A stretch of 64,000 nt of DNA from Candidatus Levybacteria bacterium RIFCSPHIGHO2_01_FULL_36_15b (GTDB lineage: Bacteria > Patescibacteriota > Microgenomatia > Levybacterales > UBA12049). Position numbers and translations under genes: made by a program. The notes under the pieces are model-generated. The model was not told the DNA's origin. It did not search any database and was given only the letters and a program-made list of their open reading frames with translations. Within the stretch, counting starts at the first letter, position 1. Each line of letters starts with the position of its first letter. The stretch is taken from NCBI GenBank assembly GCA_001782045.1, contig MFNK01000003.1:204719-268718 (forward strand). Direction: 5' to 3'. Below are positions 18,474 to 28,184 of this stretch, piece after piece.

Positions 18474-19288
18474 GAGCCAGCAAGTGCTTCAAATATTTCT
18501 TTTAGCTTTGGACCTGTAATATCTACATCTCCCTTTTTCTCTATTATAATTCTTGCCTTAGTTCTTGTTTGATACATTACTACGCTATCAACCTCGGTTT
18601 TTTCCTGAATTTTTTTTGCCATCTCATCTAGTTCGGGAATCCAAAGCTTATGTAACTTTGTTCTAGGTTCTTTTTGCTGCACCTCACCCTTTACCTGCCT
18701 TGCAAACTCTTCGGTTTCCCTAACAGTACTATTTTCTTTCAAAATACGCTTAAATAGATCAAGCATTAGTTTGGGGTCACCAAGTGAAATTAAAGGCCTT
18801 ACATGACCTTCTGTAATGACTCCAGCAACAAGTGCGTCTTTAATGGCATCTGGAAGCGATAAAAGCCTAATTGTATTGGATACTGTCGGAGCGCTTTTGC
18901 CAACCCTTCTTGCTACTTCGTTGGTTCCCAAACCGAACTCCTCAATTAATCTCTTGTACGCCTGAGCTCTTTCGATTGGATTTAAATCCTCTCTTTGTAC
19001 GTTTTCAACTATAGACATCTCAAGCATTCCCTGAGGTGTCGTTTCCTTTATAACAACAGGTACCTTTTCAAGTCCAAGCACCTTTGCTGCTCTCCATCTT
19101 CTTTCTCCCGCTATAATTTGATAACCGGCTGGGGTTTTTGCCGCTACAATTGGCTCAAGAATTCCTTGCTCCCTAATTGAATCTACTAACTCCTGTAACG
19201 AATCAGGAGAAATAATGCCTCTCGGTTGAAGAGGATTAGCTTGAAGTAAATTTGTCTCTAATTCGAATACTCTTTCTTCTTTATCCAT
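18470..19288 (-). CDS. parB: ParB/Spo0J chromosome partitioning protein
   Basis: ParB box [26 protein letters not shown] and an HTH region [21 protein letters not shown]. Confidence 0.85.
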   Translation of the reverse strand: MDKEERVFELETNLLQANPLQPRGIISPDSLQELVDSIREQGILEPIVAAKTPAGYQIIAGERRWRAAKVLGLEKVPVVIKETTPQGMLEMSIVENVQREDLNPIERAQAYKRLIEEFGLGTNEVARRVGKSAPTVSNTIRLLSLPDAIKDALVAGVITEGHVRPLISLGDPKLMLDLFKRILKENSTVRETEEFARQVKGEVQQKEPRTKLHKLWIPELDEMAKKIQEKTEVDSVVMYQTRTKARIIIEKKGDVDITGPKLKEIFEALAGS

Positions 19289-19532
19289 TTATAACATCGA
19301 TTACGCTTTTAGAATTTAACTGCTTAAACTTTACGACACCATCAATTAAGGAAAAAAGTGTAAAGTCTTTTCCCATTGAAACATTTTTTCCAGGATGAAA
19401 CTTAGTTCCTTTTTGACGTACTAAAATGCTACCTTTTTTAGCTGTTTGCCCGCCGTATATCTTTATACCCAATCTTTTAGCAATTGAGTCCCTATTTCCC
19501 TTTACTGCTCCTTGAGCTTTTGTGTGTGCCAT
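19281..19532 (-). CDS. rpmA: 50S ribosomal protein L27
   Basis: [16 protein letters not shown]...KIYGGQ...[22 protein letters not shown] matches the L27 consensus. Confidence 0.9.
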   Translation of the reverse strand: MAHTKAQGAVKGNRDSIAKRLGIKIYGGQTAKKGSILVRQKGTKFHPGKNVSMGKDFTLFSLIDGVVKFKQLNSKSVIDVING

Positions 19533-19591
19533 ATTACTGTGAAAACTGACCCCATTTTATATTGACTTTTCACGAGTGTCAAGAGGTCAAA

Positions 19592-19921
19592 CTATATTAT
19601 TTTTTTTATTTTAATTCTGGAAAGTTCTGCCCTAAATCCCGTTGTTTTTCTGTATCTAACCTTTGATTTAAATTTAGAAATTCTTAGCTTTTCTCCTCTA
19701 AAATTTTCTATAAGCTCTGCTTCAACTTTACTACCCGAAACATAGGGTTTTCCAATCTTTAAGCTAGAATCAGATACTAAAAGTAGAACGTTATCAAATG
19801 TAACCTTCGAACCATCCTTAGATAGCTTATCTACCTCAATAACATCTCCCTCTGAAACTTTATATTGTTTTCCGCCAGTTTTTATTACTGAATATTTCAC
19901 GGATAAGATTATAACAAACAA
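19592..19921 (-). CDS. rplU: 50S ribosomal protein L21 (true start possibly the GTG at 19900)
   Basis: KYSVIKTGGKQYKVSEGDVIEVDKL matches L21 (MYAIIKTGGKQ...). The track ATG at 19921 adds 7 non-conserved residues; an in-frame GTG at complement(19898..19900) would give a 103-aa product. Confidence 0.85.
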   Translation of the reverse strand: MFVIILSVKYSVIKTGGKQYKVSEGDVIEVDKLSKDGSKVTFDNVLLLVSDSSLKIGKPYVSGSKVEAELIENFRGEKLRISKFKSKVRYRKTTGFRAELSRIKIKKII

Positions 19922-19922
19922 T

Positions 19923-21005
19923 TCAGCGTATTGAAAGTGTTTCCCGATCTTTGTAAGCCTTGCTTATGGATGTTAATAAGCCTAAAAAAATAAAATTTGA
20001 AACAAGAGAACTGCCTCCATAAGAAACAAAAGGCAATGTTATACCAACTATTGGCATTATTCCCATGTTCATACCAATATTTACAAATAGCTGGACAGCG
20101 ATCACAAAGAAGAATATAGCTAAGAAATTTCTATGAAATTTATTTTGCGTATTTATTATATATTTCATTATTTTATATAAAATAAATCCAAAACAAAAAA
20201 GCACGATGGCAACTCCAATAAATCCCAGCTGCTCAGAAATTGTTGCAAAAATAAAATCTGTCTGTCTTTCTGGCAAAAAACGCAGTCCAGATTGAGTACC
20301 TTGTCCAATTCCCTTGCCTGAAATCATGCCAGAGCCAACGGCAATCACAGATTGTATAACATTGTAGGATGTACCTAAAGGATCGCTACTTGAGTTCACA
20401 AAAGTTAAAATTCGCTGTTTTTGATAGTCATGTAAGAACTGAAACAAAAATGGAATTGCAAGTGCAAACGGAACTGAAACAAATAAAAAATACCTAAAAG
20501 GAAAACCCGCAAACAAAAGAGCACAAATTACGACAAGAGCATAAATAATTGCATTGCCTAAATCAGGCTGAAGATAAATAAGAAAGAATAACGGAGCAAG
20601 TAAAATAAATACTTGAAGAAATTCTTTAAAGTTAAAATATTTTATATTTGAAAGGTGACTTGCTAGGACAATTGCCAAAAACGGTTTAAGAATTTCAGAA
20701 AATTGAATCCTAAGTCCAAATAATTCTATCCATCTTACCGCGCCTCTTGATTCAATACCCAAAATTAATACTACAGAAAAAATAACAAGTGAAAATATAT
20801 AAATATGTTTAGAAAAAAATTTTAAAATATCTAAATTTGATTGTGAAATAAAAATAAAAATAAAAACAGATAACAAGAAAAGAATTAATTGTCCATTAAA
20901 AAATAAGGGATTAAGTGAAAAAAGCGTTACCAAACTTAACACAGAAAGAATAACTACCGGAACAAGAAGTCCAAAATCTAAATCTCTGAAAATAATTTTA
21001 CTCAT
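19923..21005 (-). CDS. rodA: SEDS family peptidoglycan glycosyltransferase (RodA/FtsW-like)
   Basis: 10-TM protein with a GSGMISGKGIGQGTQ...LPERQTDFIFATISEQLGFIG signature. A second SEDS gene sits in the dcw cluster (ftsW), so this one is tentatively rodA. Confidence 0.75.
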   Translation of the reverse strand: MSKIIFRDLDFGLLVPVVILSVLSLVTLFSLNPLFFNGQLILFLLSVFIFIFISQSNLDILKFFSKHIYIFSLVIFSVVLILGIESRGAVRWIELFGLRIQFSEILKPFLAIVLASHLSNIKYFNFKEFLQVFILLAPLFFLIYLQPDLGNAIIYALVVICALLFAGFPFRYFLFVSVPFALAIPFLFQFLHDYQKQRILTFVNSSSDPLGTSYNVIQSVIAVGSGMISGKGIGQGTQSGLRFLPERQTDFIFATISEQLGFIGVAIVLFCFGFILYKIMKYIINTQNKFHRNFLAIFFFVIAVQLFVNIGMNMGIMPIVGITLPFVSYGGSSLVSNFIFLGLLTSISKAYKDRETLSIR

Positions 21006-23964
21006 TGGAAATGGAGAACTCTTTTCCTTCTTTTAGCTCTTTTACTTGGGCTCGTTTTTTAATAAAGCCTTCATATTCCTTCGGCCAGAATGGAAGTGTA
21101 ATATTAACTTTTTGATCTGGTTTCGTTTCAAGTTTTTTTCTCTGTTCCTGAATTTTTCTGACGATATCACGGGCCAAGCCAAAATTTAGATCAAGATTTT
21201 CATCGTTTGTTTGAGCCTCGACTGTATAATCCTGAATTTTTTTGTCAAATTTTAAATCGTAAATATTTGTCTCCCCCTTAACTACCCCTAGAACATCATC
21301 TGAAATGCTTTCAGGACCATTATATTTTGCCTTTCTTATTGGAATTCTAACCTTAACTTCTCTCTCTTTTCTTAAAGAATGTATTAATTCTGCAACCTTT
21401 TTTCCATTCACCATTTTGTTTTGTAAACTTATATCAATTAATTTATCATCGTATTTGGGAAAATCCTCTAAGTGAACTGATTCACTATTGGTCAGATTAA
21501 CATACATTTCCTCGGATAGAAATGGAATAAAAGCACCAAGAAGTTTTGTATACTCTGTTAATACGTACCATAAGACAAGAAGGCAAGTTTTTTTATCTTT
21601 TTCATTATCTGAATAAACTGCCACTCTGTCTCTTGATCGTCTGACATACCAATTCGATAAATCGTTTATTACAAAATTTTCTATATCCTCAACTGCTCTA
21701 TCTACCTGATACAATTCAATAAAGGTTTTTACATTTTTTATAGATTCGTTAAGTCTTGAAATTATCCATTTGTCTAAAACGTTATCGGAAGACAAACTAT
21801 ATTTTCGCGGAGGCTTAAAATTGTTCAAATTTGCATAGGTAACAAAGAACGAATATACGTTCCACAGTCTTAGATGAAACAAACGTCTAATTTCATCGGC
21901 AACATGATAGCCAAAGCTTAGATTGAGTTCGGGATTTTGTCTTAAATACATCCACCTCATTACGTCTACTCCGATTTTGTCTGCTGCTTCGTTGAATTCA
22001 ATCATATTTCCTTTACTTTTATGCATTTCTTCACCATGTTCATCTGTAACAGAAGCAAAACCAAGAATATCTTTAAATGGATTTGTATTATTTAAGGCTG
22101 TCGACATGGCTATTAATGAATAAAACCAATTTTTAAACTGACCGGGAAAACTCTCTGTTATAAAATTTGCCGGAAACCATTCGGAGGGCATAGTAGAGAA
22201 AGGAACTATACCTGCATCAAGCCAGGGATTTCCTACGTCTGGAATTCTAGAAATAACTTTCCCACATTTTGAACATTTTATTTTTACTTGATCTACCCAT
22301 GGTCTATGTGGAGATTTGCCTTCAAATTTTTCATATCCCTCAACGGCTTTATCTTTTAATTCTTCTTTTCCTGCTATAACATCAAAATTTCCGCACTTTT
22401 TACATTCCCAAATTGGCAGCGCCAGTCCCCAATATCTTTTTTTTGAAATTAACCAATCATGCATATTTTTAAGCCAATCGAGCTCTCTATCCAATCCCCA
22501 ATCTGGCAGCCAAGTAATTTTTTTTGCTACATCAATCATTTGTTCTCTATAAGTTTTTTTTGTATTGTCTTTTTTATCCATAGCTATATACCATTCATCA
22601 ACCACCCGCCAAACCAATTCAGTTTTACATCTCCAGCAAGTTGGATATCTGTGTATAATTTTTTGTACTTTAAATAAAAACTTGGGCTTTGATTGTTTTA
22701 AATAATCGATTATTATTTCAGGATTTTTCTTTGCATTTTTTCCGCTAAATTCACTTAAGCCTTTGACATAAGTTGCATCTTCTTCAATAGGAGCAATTAC
22801 GGGAAGGTTATATTTTTTACCAAGCTTGAAATCTTCTCCTCCTGCGCCTGTTGCGACATGCAAAAGACCAGTGCCTTCAGAATCCACAACTACCTCCGAT
22901 GCATCGATCACTGAGTGAAAAACTGTGACATTTTCTTCCCTCGCCTTTCTTACTAGAGAAAAGTCATCGAATGGGGCTTGGTATTTTAATTTCAGTATTT
23001 CTGTTGTCGATATTCCTTCTATATACTCTATATTCCTCTGTGATTCATCCATTATCCACTGTTCAAGCGAGACCACTGCGTTGTCTTTTTGTCTAATCCT
23101 CGTAGGAGGTTTCCTCTCTTCTCCTAGATGTAGGAATATTAATTTCTCTCCAGATACTCTATCTTTCCAAATACCATAATCATATTTAGTATTAATTCCA
23201 ATCGCAACGTTAGCCAAAACTGTCCATGGAGTTGTTGTCCAAACCAAGAAATACGTGTTATCCATGTCTATAATTGGCAACTTGAAGAATATTGTGTCGT
23301 GTGCTATTTCCTTATACTCTTCTGTCAATATTTCCATTTGAGAAATTGCTGTGCCGCATCTAGGGCACCAGGGAACACTATCGTGTCCTTTATACAGCCA
23401 CCCTTTTTCATTTACTACTTTTAAGAAATTCCAAATTGCATAATTGTTTTCGTCCGATGATGTATGATAGGAGTTTTCCCAATCCATAAAATATCCAAGC
23501 CGCTTTGACTGCTCTGTCTGAATTTTGGAAAATTTTGCAACTCTTGCTTTACATAAATTTATAAACTTCTCGAGACTTTTAAACTTGTCTCCGGCAACTA
23601 AATTTTCTATGTCTTTTTTGCTCTTAAGGCCAAGTTCTTTCTCTACTTCTACCTCTACCCATAGTCCTTGCTCATCAAATCCGTTTTGAAATCTTTGTTT
23701 CTTTCCGTTCATATTCCAATATCTTTGCCAAAAATCTTTGTAAGTTCTTCCCCATGCATGATGTACTCCCATTGGGTTATTTGCGGTAATTGGACCGTCT
23801 AAAAATGAAAATTTTTCTTTTGATAAGTTATTTTTCTTAAGATATTTTTCAATAACTTTTTTGGCTTCCCACTTAATTAACCACTCTCTTTCTAGCGAGG
23901 AAAAATCAATTTGCGGATTTACTGATTTAAATTTTTTAGAGTCTTCACTATTTATTTTTGACAT
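20998..23964 (-). CDS. ileS: Isoleucyl-tRNA synthetase, type 2 (eukaryote/archaea-like)
   Basis: HIGH region PMGVHHAWGRTYKDFWQRY (type-2 pattern, cf. PHxGHAxxRxxKDxxxRY), KMSKS-like MHKSKGN, and two CxxC zinc knuckles (CPRCGT, CWRCKT; CKKCGN, CSKCGK). 988 aa. Confidence 0.9.
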   Translation of the reverse strand: MSKINSEDSKKFKSVNPQIDFSSLEREWLIKWEAKKVIEKYLKKNNLSKEKFSFLDGPITANNPMGVHHAWGRTYKDFWQRYWNMNGKKQRFQNGFDEQGLWVEVEVEKELGLKSKKDIENLVAGDKFKSLEKFINLCKARVAKFSKIQTEQSKRLGYFMDWENSYHTSSDENNYAIWNFLKVVNEKGWLYKGHDSVPWCPRCGTAISQMEILTEEYKEIAHDTIFFKLPIIDMDNTYFLVWTTTPWTVLANVAIGINTKYDYGIWKDRVSGEKLIFLHLGEERKPPTRIRQKDNAVVSLEQWIMDESQRNIEYIEGISTTEILKLKYQAPFDDFSLVRKAREENVTVFHSVIDASEVVVDSEGTGLLHVATGAGGEDFKLGKKYNLPVIAPIEEDATYVKGLSEFSGKNAKKNPEIIIDYLKQSKPKFLFKVQKIIHRYPTCWRCKTELVWRVVDEWYIAMDKKDNTKKTYREQMIDVAKKITWLPDWGLDRELDWLKNMHDWLISKKRYWGLALPIWECKKCGNFDVIAGKEELKDKAVEGYEKFEGKSPHRPWVDQVKIKCSKCGKVISRIPDVGNPWLDAGIVPFSTMPSEWFPANFITESFPGQFKNWFYSLIAMSTALNNTNPFKDILGFASVTDEHGEEMHKSKGNMIEFNEAADKIGVDVMRWMYLRQNPELNLSFGYHVADEIRRLFHLRLWNVYSFFVTYANLNNFKPPRKYSLSSDNVLDKWIISRLNESIKNVKTFIELYQVDRAVEDIENFVINDLSNWYVRRSRDRVAVYSDNEKDKKTCLLVLWYVLTEYTKLLGAFIPFLSEEMYVNLTNSESVHLEDFPKYDDKLIDISLQNKMVNGKKVAELIHSLRKEREVKVRIPIRKAKYNGPESISDDVLGVVKGETNIYDLKFDKKIQDYTVEAQTNDENLDLNFGLARDIVRKIQEQRKKLETKPDQKVNITLPFWPKEYEGFIKKRAQVKELKEGKEFSISNE

Positions 23965-23973
23965 AATAAATTT

Positions 23974-24441
23974 TTAGTTAATTGAAACTAATTCAATTTC
24001 GAAAATAAGAGGTGAATTTGGCGGTATTGCTCCGGGAACTCCTTGCTCACCATATGCTAAAGAGGATGGAATGGTTAATTTTCTTATGCCTCCCTTTTTC
24101 ATTCCAACTAAGCCTTTTTCCCACCCTTGAATAACCTGTCCAGCTCCTACATTAAATTGAAAAGTCTCATTGCGATCATAAGAGCTATCAAACTTTGTAC
24201 CGTTAGTTAAAGTACCTGTGTAATTTACTTCAACTATGTCCCCTTCTTTTACAGATACTCCTTGTCCTTCTTTTATATCTTCTATTTTAAGTTCATTTAT
24301 TTCCATAACTTGCTTTGTCGGCACGGGTGAACTAGAACTAGTTCCGTTTATAGTTGTTTTTGTCGTACTTGCATTATAAATAAAAAACGCAATAATTATT
24401 AAAACAAAAGCAGCTAAAATTATTCCTAAATTCCTGTTCAC
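23974..24441 (-). CDS. Membrane-anchored FKBP-type peptidyl-prolyl cis-trans isomerase
   Basis: N-terminal TM helix, Ser/Thr-rich linker, then the FKBP signature YTGTLTNGTKFDSS...FQFNVGAGQVIQGWEKGLVGMKKGGIRKLTIPSSLAYG. Confidence 0.8.
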   Translation of the reverse strand: MNRNLGIILAAFVLIIIAFFIYNASTTKTTINGTSSSSPVPTKQVMEINELKIEDIKEGQGVSVKEGDIVEVNYTGTLTNGTKFDSSYDRNETFQFNVGAGQVIQGWEKGLVGMKKGGIRKLTIPSSLAYGEQGVPGAIPPNSPLIFEIELVSIN

Positions 24442-24492
24442 CTGATAAATTATAACAGTAATTATGAGGGTAAAACAACTTAATTTTGAAAC

Positions 24493-26010
24493 TTACCTAA
24501 AATTTAGCCCAAGTTCAATATTTGGGTCGTGTTGAATTTTCTGCTCGTTTGTATTTAAATTAAATTTCTGAACAATATATCCTGATTTAAAATTTTTAAT
24601 TTCAACTGGTGTTATTTTAATATTTGCTTTATTTTCAATCCACCATTGATGTCCCATATATGGATTATCGGGCGGCGGAGGAGATGCAATTACATAAGTC
24701 GTACCTTTTTTTCCATATTCAAATGCATTTGAACGAGCTGCTTTAAATGAGTAAAGCATTGCATAACGCTGCTGGTAAGCATATGCATCAGGGGAATAAA
24801 TAAAGTACCCAAACTCTTTACCTTTTTGCTCTTCAATTACGCTTTTTGCAACTTGTTTTAAGGAAATCCAGGAATCCAGTTTTTTTCCAATAAAATTATT
24901 TTGTGTATCACTTATATAATTTTTTGCAAAATTGAAATTTAAAAATAAAACAACAAAAATAAGTGGAATAAAAATAAATCTTGAAATTCCCTTAGATAAT
25001 GTAACCAGCCAGATTATCGTTAACGGAACAAGTAAGTAAATATAGTGGTAAAGTATTACCCCTTTGTTAAAGTAGGAAAGTGCCATATATCCAAAATAGT
25101 AAAATAATAAAAGAAGCAGTAAGGGTTTTTGTTTTGTATTATTTTTAATATGAATAAATGTAAAAATAATAATTAAAGCAAATATCAAAACGGAAAGAGG
25201 TTCTATGTTTTTTGCAAGTATTTGCATAGAAACAGTGTTATTTATTCTGTCATTTACCCATTCATTTAAGGGAACCAAAAATGCCGAATTTCCTCCTAAA
25301 TTAAAGAGTGCTTTCGCCATGCCAAAGTTATGACGAAAGTCAAATGCTATAAAGTTAGATACGCCAATGGGCAAGATAATAAATGCAATCAAGTGCTTCC
25401 ATAGTTTATTTTTTATAATTAATCCCAAAATCAAAGCTCCCGAGAGCATGATAAAAAGTATTCCAACGCCGATATTTAAGTGGATAAAAGCAGCAAGGAT
25501 CATAATGTGAAAAGCGAGATATTTAGATTTTTTAGTTTGCAGATAACTGTAAATGGTATATAGAAAAGAAGGAATTAAAAAAAAATTTACTTCTGCATGA
25601 AAAACACTATTTATATGAGGAACTAAGTATGTAGAAAGCAAAGACACTCCAAGCAATGACTCTATTGTTCCAAACAATCTTCTTAATATAAAAAAAGTGC
25701 TAAGTAAAAAAATGAAGCCGAGTATCACCCAAAACCATGCAGTTATAACTGGGTTACCCTGTCCAATTAAGTACGCCGGGTAGTTTACATAAGTCCACAA
25801 TGGTCCATGAAAAACGCCTTGAGTATTTGAACGTGGTCCTATTAAAACAATTTTCTTTTGATCAAGTTCCTGTAAAAGAAGAAAATCCCGTCCTATATCA
25901 TTTGTAAGTTTTATTTCACCTTGCAGAGGTAAATATGCTAAAAGATAAAGACTATAAAAAATAAATAGAATTATTATTGCAATAAATACTACTTTAACTT
26001 GCTTCAGCAT
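24493..26010 (-). CDS. GT-C-like polytopic membrane protein (paralog of the C-terminal domain of 1720..3903)
   Basis: 505 aa, more than 10 TM helices. DIGRDFLL and HGPLWTY motifs match YGDIGWFYLSARD and HQGPIWTY in the 1720..3903 fusion. C-terminal soluble domain. Confidence 0.5.
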   Translation of the reverse strand: MLKQVKVVFIAIIILFIFYSLYLLAYLPLQGEIKLTNDIGRDFLLLQELDQKKIVLIGPRSNTQGVFHGPLWTYVNYPAYLIGQGNPVITAWFWVILGFIFLLSTFFILRRLFGTIESLLGVSLLSTYLVPHINSVFHAEVNFFLIPSFLYTIYSYLQTKKSKYLAFHIMILAAFIHLNIGVGILFIMLSGALILGLIIKNKLWKHLIAFIILPIGVSNFIAFDFRHNFGMAKALFNLGGNSAFLVPLNEWVNDRINNTVSMQILAKNIEPLSVLIFALIIIFTFIHIKNNTKQKPLLLLLLFYYFGYMALSYFNKGVILYHYIYLLVPLTIIWLVTLSKGISRFIFIPLIFVVLFLNFNFAKNYISDTQNNFIGKKLDSWISLKQVAKSVIEEQKGKEFGYFIYSPDAYAYQQRYAMLYSFKAARSNAFEYGKKGTTYVIASPPPPDNPYMGHQWWIENKANIKITPVEIKNFKSGYIVQKFNLNTNEQKIQHDPNIELGLNFR

Positions 26011-26055
26011 GTTAATATTATTAGGTAGAAATGAATATAATGCAAGTAATAGGTA

Positions 26056-27717
26056 ATGAATAATCTAAAAAGTTTATCAACAAAAACTGTACTAATTTTA
26101 TTATTTATAATTTTTGTTGCGGGTGCCTTCTTGAGATTTAATAACCTATCAGCAATACCAGCAGGGTTTCAAATGGATGAAGCCTCAAAGGGATATAGCG
26201 CTTATTCGCTACTTAAAACAGCAAGGGATGACAATAATATTTTTTTTCCGTTTAATATAGATATTTTTGGGGATAATAGCCCGGCGGGATATCATTATAG
26301 TGCAATCATTCCTGTTGCAATATTTGGATTAAGTGAATTTGCGGTTCGCTTTCCCGGGGCTATCTTTGGAAGTTTAACAATATTTGCTTTTTACTTTTTA
26401 ACATATTCAATATTTAAAGAGAAAAAACTAGGTTTATTAAGCGCACTGCTTCTTGCAACTTCCCCTTGGCATATAAATATGTCCAGGGCAAGCAGCGAAT
26501 CTTTAGTCGCTTTATTTTTTATAGTTTTGGGGTTTGCATTAATATTTTGGAGTCTTAAGACACAAAAAGTCGTACATGTTTTCTTTGCAACAATAGCTCT
26601 TTCATTAAGTTTTTTCTTTTACCAAACTCCGAGGCTTTTTGTTCCGGTTTTATTTTTTGTACTTTTAATTTTTATTCTTAAAACTTGGAAGTTAAAAATT
26701 GATAAAGATTATAAAAATTCATTAATAATTTCTTTTATTTTTTTAATCTCGCTTGTATTTACTTTGTTTTTTATTATTCCCGGAGGAAATAGAAGATTCA
26801 CGCAAGTAAATATATTTAGTGCCGCCGAAACAAAATTAGTTTTGGATGAACAAATAAAAAACGAGGGCGTAGTCGGAACAAGTCCTATAATTTCTCGCGT
26901 TTACGATAATAAAATTGTTGGCTTTACCCAAACCTATGTTTCCAACTATCTTAATCATTTCTCTTTTGACTATTTGTTTGTCAAAGGGCTTCCCCCTTGG
27001 TATCAAATTCCAAGTATTGGGGTTTTCTATTTAGTTTCTCTGCCATTTTTTTTATTAGGATTAGTTTTGCTTTTAACAAATAAAAATAATCTTTACAAAA
27101 TTCCAATTATATGGCTTGCTATTGGACCAACGGCTGCTGCGATATCAACGGAGGCTAATAATTTGCAAAGATCTTTAGTTATGTATCCAATGTTTGAAAT
27201 ATTTACAGCGTTTGGGTTGATTTATCTGTTTTCAAAAATAAAAAATAGCAAAATTTGGCTGGCTGTTATTGTTTTATTTGCGCTAAATTTTATCTATTTT
27301 TATCATCAGTACTATACACTTTCAAGGGTATTTCAGCCATGGTATAGAAATAATGGTTTTAAAGAGATGATTCAGGCTATAAGTAAAGACTATGAAAAAG
27401 CGGATAAGATAGTTACTACTAAATCCGGTGGAGGTTATCCTCTTTTCCAGTTTTATATTAAATATGACCCTGTAAAATATCAAAGTGAAGGTTCTCCAAA
27501 AGATAAAAATTATAAAGGCTTTGGCAAATTTTTCTTTACTCCAGATAATTGCCCGTTTATTTCTAAAGACCCATTAATTCCAAGAAATGGGAAATTAATA
27601 TTTGTAGAAGACGGAAGCTGTAAAGAAACAAAAGCGCTAGAAGGCAAAATATTTAAATATATTTTAAGAGTGGACGGAACTAAGGCTTTTAGAATTGTAT
27701 ATTTAGATAGTTTCTAA
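26056..27717 (+). CDS. ArnT/PMT-like GT-C membrane glycosyltransferase
   Basis: 553 aa, polytopic. First extracytoplasmic loop FQMDEASKGYSAYSL matches the DE-x7-A motif of ArnT/PMT (GT83/GT39) enzymes. Confidence 0.65.
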   Translation: MNNLKSLSTKTVLILLFIIFVAGAFLRFNNLSAIPAGFQMDEASKGYSAYSLLKTARDDNNIFFPFNIDIFGDNSPAGYHYSAIIPVAIFGLSEFAVRFPGAIFGSLTIFAFYFLTYSIFKEKKLGLLSALLLATSPWHINMSRASSESLVALFFIVLGFALIFWSLKTQKVVHVFFATIALSLSFFFYQTPRLFVPVLFFVLLIFILKTWKLKIDKDYKNSLIISFIFLISLVFTLFFIIPGGNRRFTQVNIFSAAETKLVLDEQIKNEGVVGTSPIISRVYDNKIVGFTQTYVSNYLNHFSFDYLFVKGLPPWYQIPSIGVFYLVSLPFFLLGLVLLLTNKNNLYKIPIIWLAIGPTAAAISTEANNLQRSLVMYPMFEIFTAFGLIYLFSKIKNSKIWLAVIVLFALNFIYFYHQYYTLSRVFQPWYRNNGFKEMIQAISKDYEKADKIVTTKSGGGYPLFQFYIKYDPVKYQSEGSPKDKNYKGFGKFFFTPDNCPFISKDPLIPRNGKLIFVEDGSCKETKALEGKIFKYILRVDGTKAFRIVYLDSF

Positions 27718-27764
27718 TTCTTATTCCTCAAGAATGTGGGATGTCCCATTATGTCATGTTCAAG
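27714..27764 (-). repeat. Degenerate duplicate of the ftsZ 3' end (FtsZ C-terminal-peptide coding segment), copy A
   Basis: Hand alignment to 28185..28238: about 70% identity over 51 bp. The 12-mer TGGGATGTCCCA is exact (27737..27748 and 28209..28220). Out of the ORF144 frame it reads LEHDIMGHPTFLRNKN-stop, against Fts[17 protein letters not shown]-stop. Two compensating 1-nt indels flank the 12-mer. Confidence 0.6.
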
Positions 27765-28183
27765 TTTAATTGAATCGGATTAACCTTTGCTCCTTCTGGA
27801 ATAGGTGGATAATCTCCTGGCTGGGTATCTCTCCATCTTATTCTTGTTTCACCATCATCGCTGATTAAATTTTCGTCATTTATTTGAGGCCCAACCAATA
27901 TTTTCCGATTCTTTTGTTCATTTTCCCTAACGTTCCAAGTGTAAATCTCTATTGAGTCCTCTGAAATAGGTTTAACAAACTTTAGATCAGTATTAAATGC
28001 TTGTCCGATTTCAACGTTTTTATGAAGTTGCATTGGATTTAAAAGTTCAAGATCCGAACTATGAATTAAAGTAATTACGTCACTTTCCTTGATAGAATAA
28101 CTCCTATATTCAAGGACTTTACTTTTTTCAGTTTTCCTGAGTCCGAATAAACTTTTGTTATCCCAAACTGCTTCAACTGTCAT
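27749..28183 (-). CDS. Hypothetical 144-aa protein, translationally coupled to ftsZ (ATG 1 nt after the ftsZ stop)
   Basis: ORF with ATG at complement(28181..28183); the ftsZ stop is at 28185..28187. No family recognised; acidic, no TM. Flanked by the two ftsZ-tail repeat copies. Confidence 0.5.
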   Translation of the reverse strand: MTVEAVWDNKSLFGLRKTEKSKVLEYRSYSIKESDVITLIHSSDLELLNPMQLHKNVEIGQAFNTDLKFVKPISEDSIEIYTWNVRENEQKNRKILVGPQINDENLISDDGETRIRWRDTQPGDYPPIPEGAKVNPIQLNLNMT

Positions 28184-28184
28184 A

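Noticed and set aside
19533-19591. 59-bp rplU-rpmA spacer checked for a small Prp/YsxB-like ORF or a structured element
   Set aside because: It is too short for the Prp protease gene found here in Firmicutes, and no convincing hairpin is present. L27 also begins MAHTKAQG with no cleavable N-terminal extension, which is consistent with no Prp being required.
27737-27748. TGGGATGTCCCA palindrome considered as an intrinsic terminator between convergent genes
   Set aside because: The stem would be only 4-5 bp with a 2-4 nt loop and no downstream T-tract. It is better explained as the conserved core of the ftsZ-tail direct repeat.
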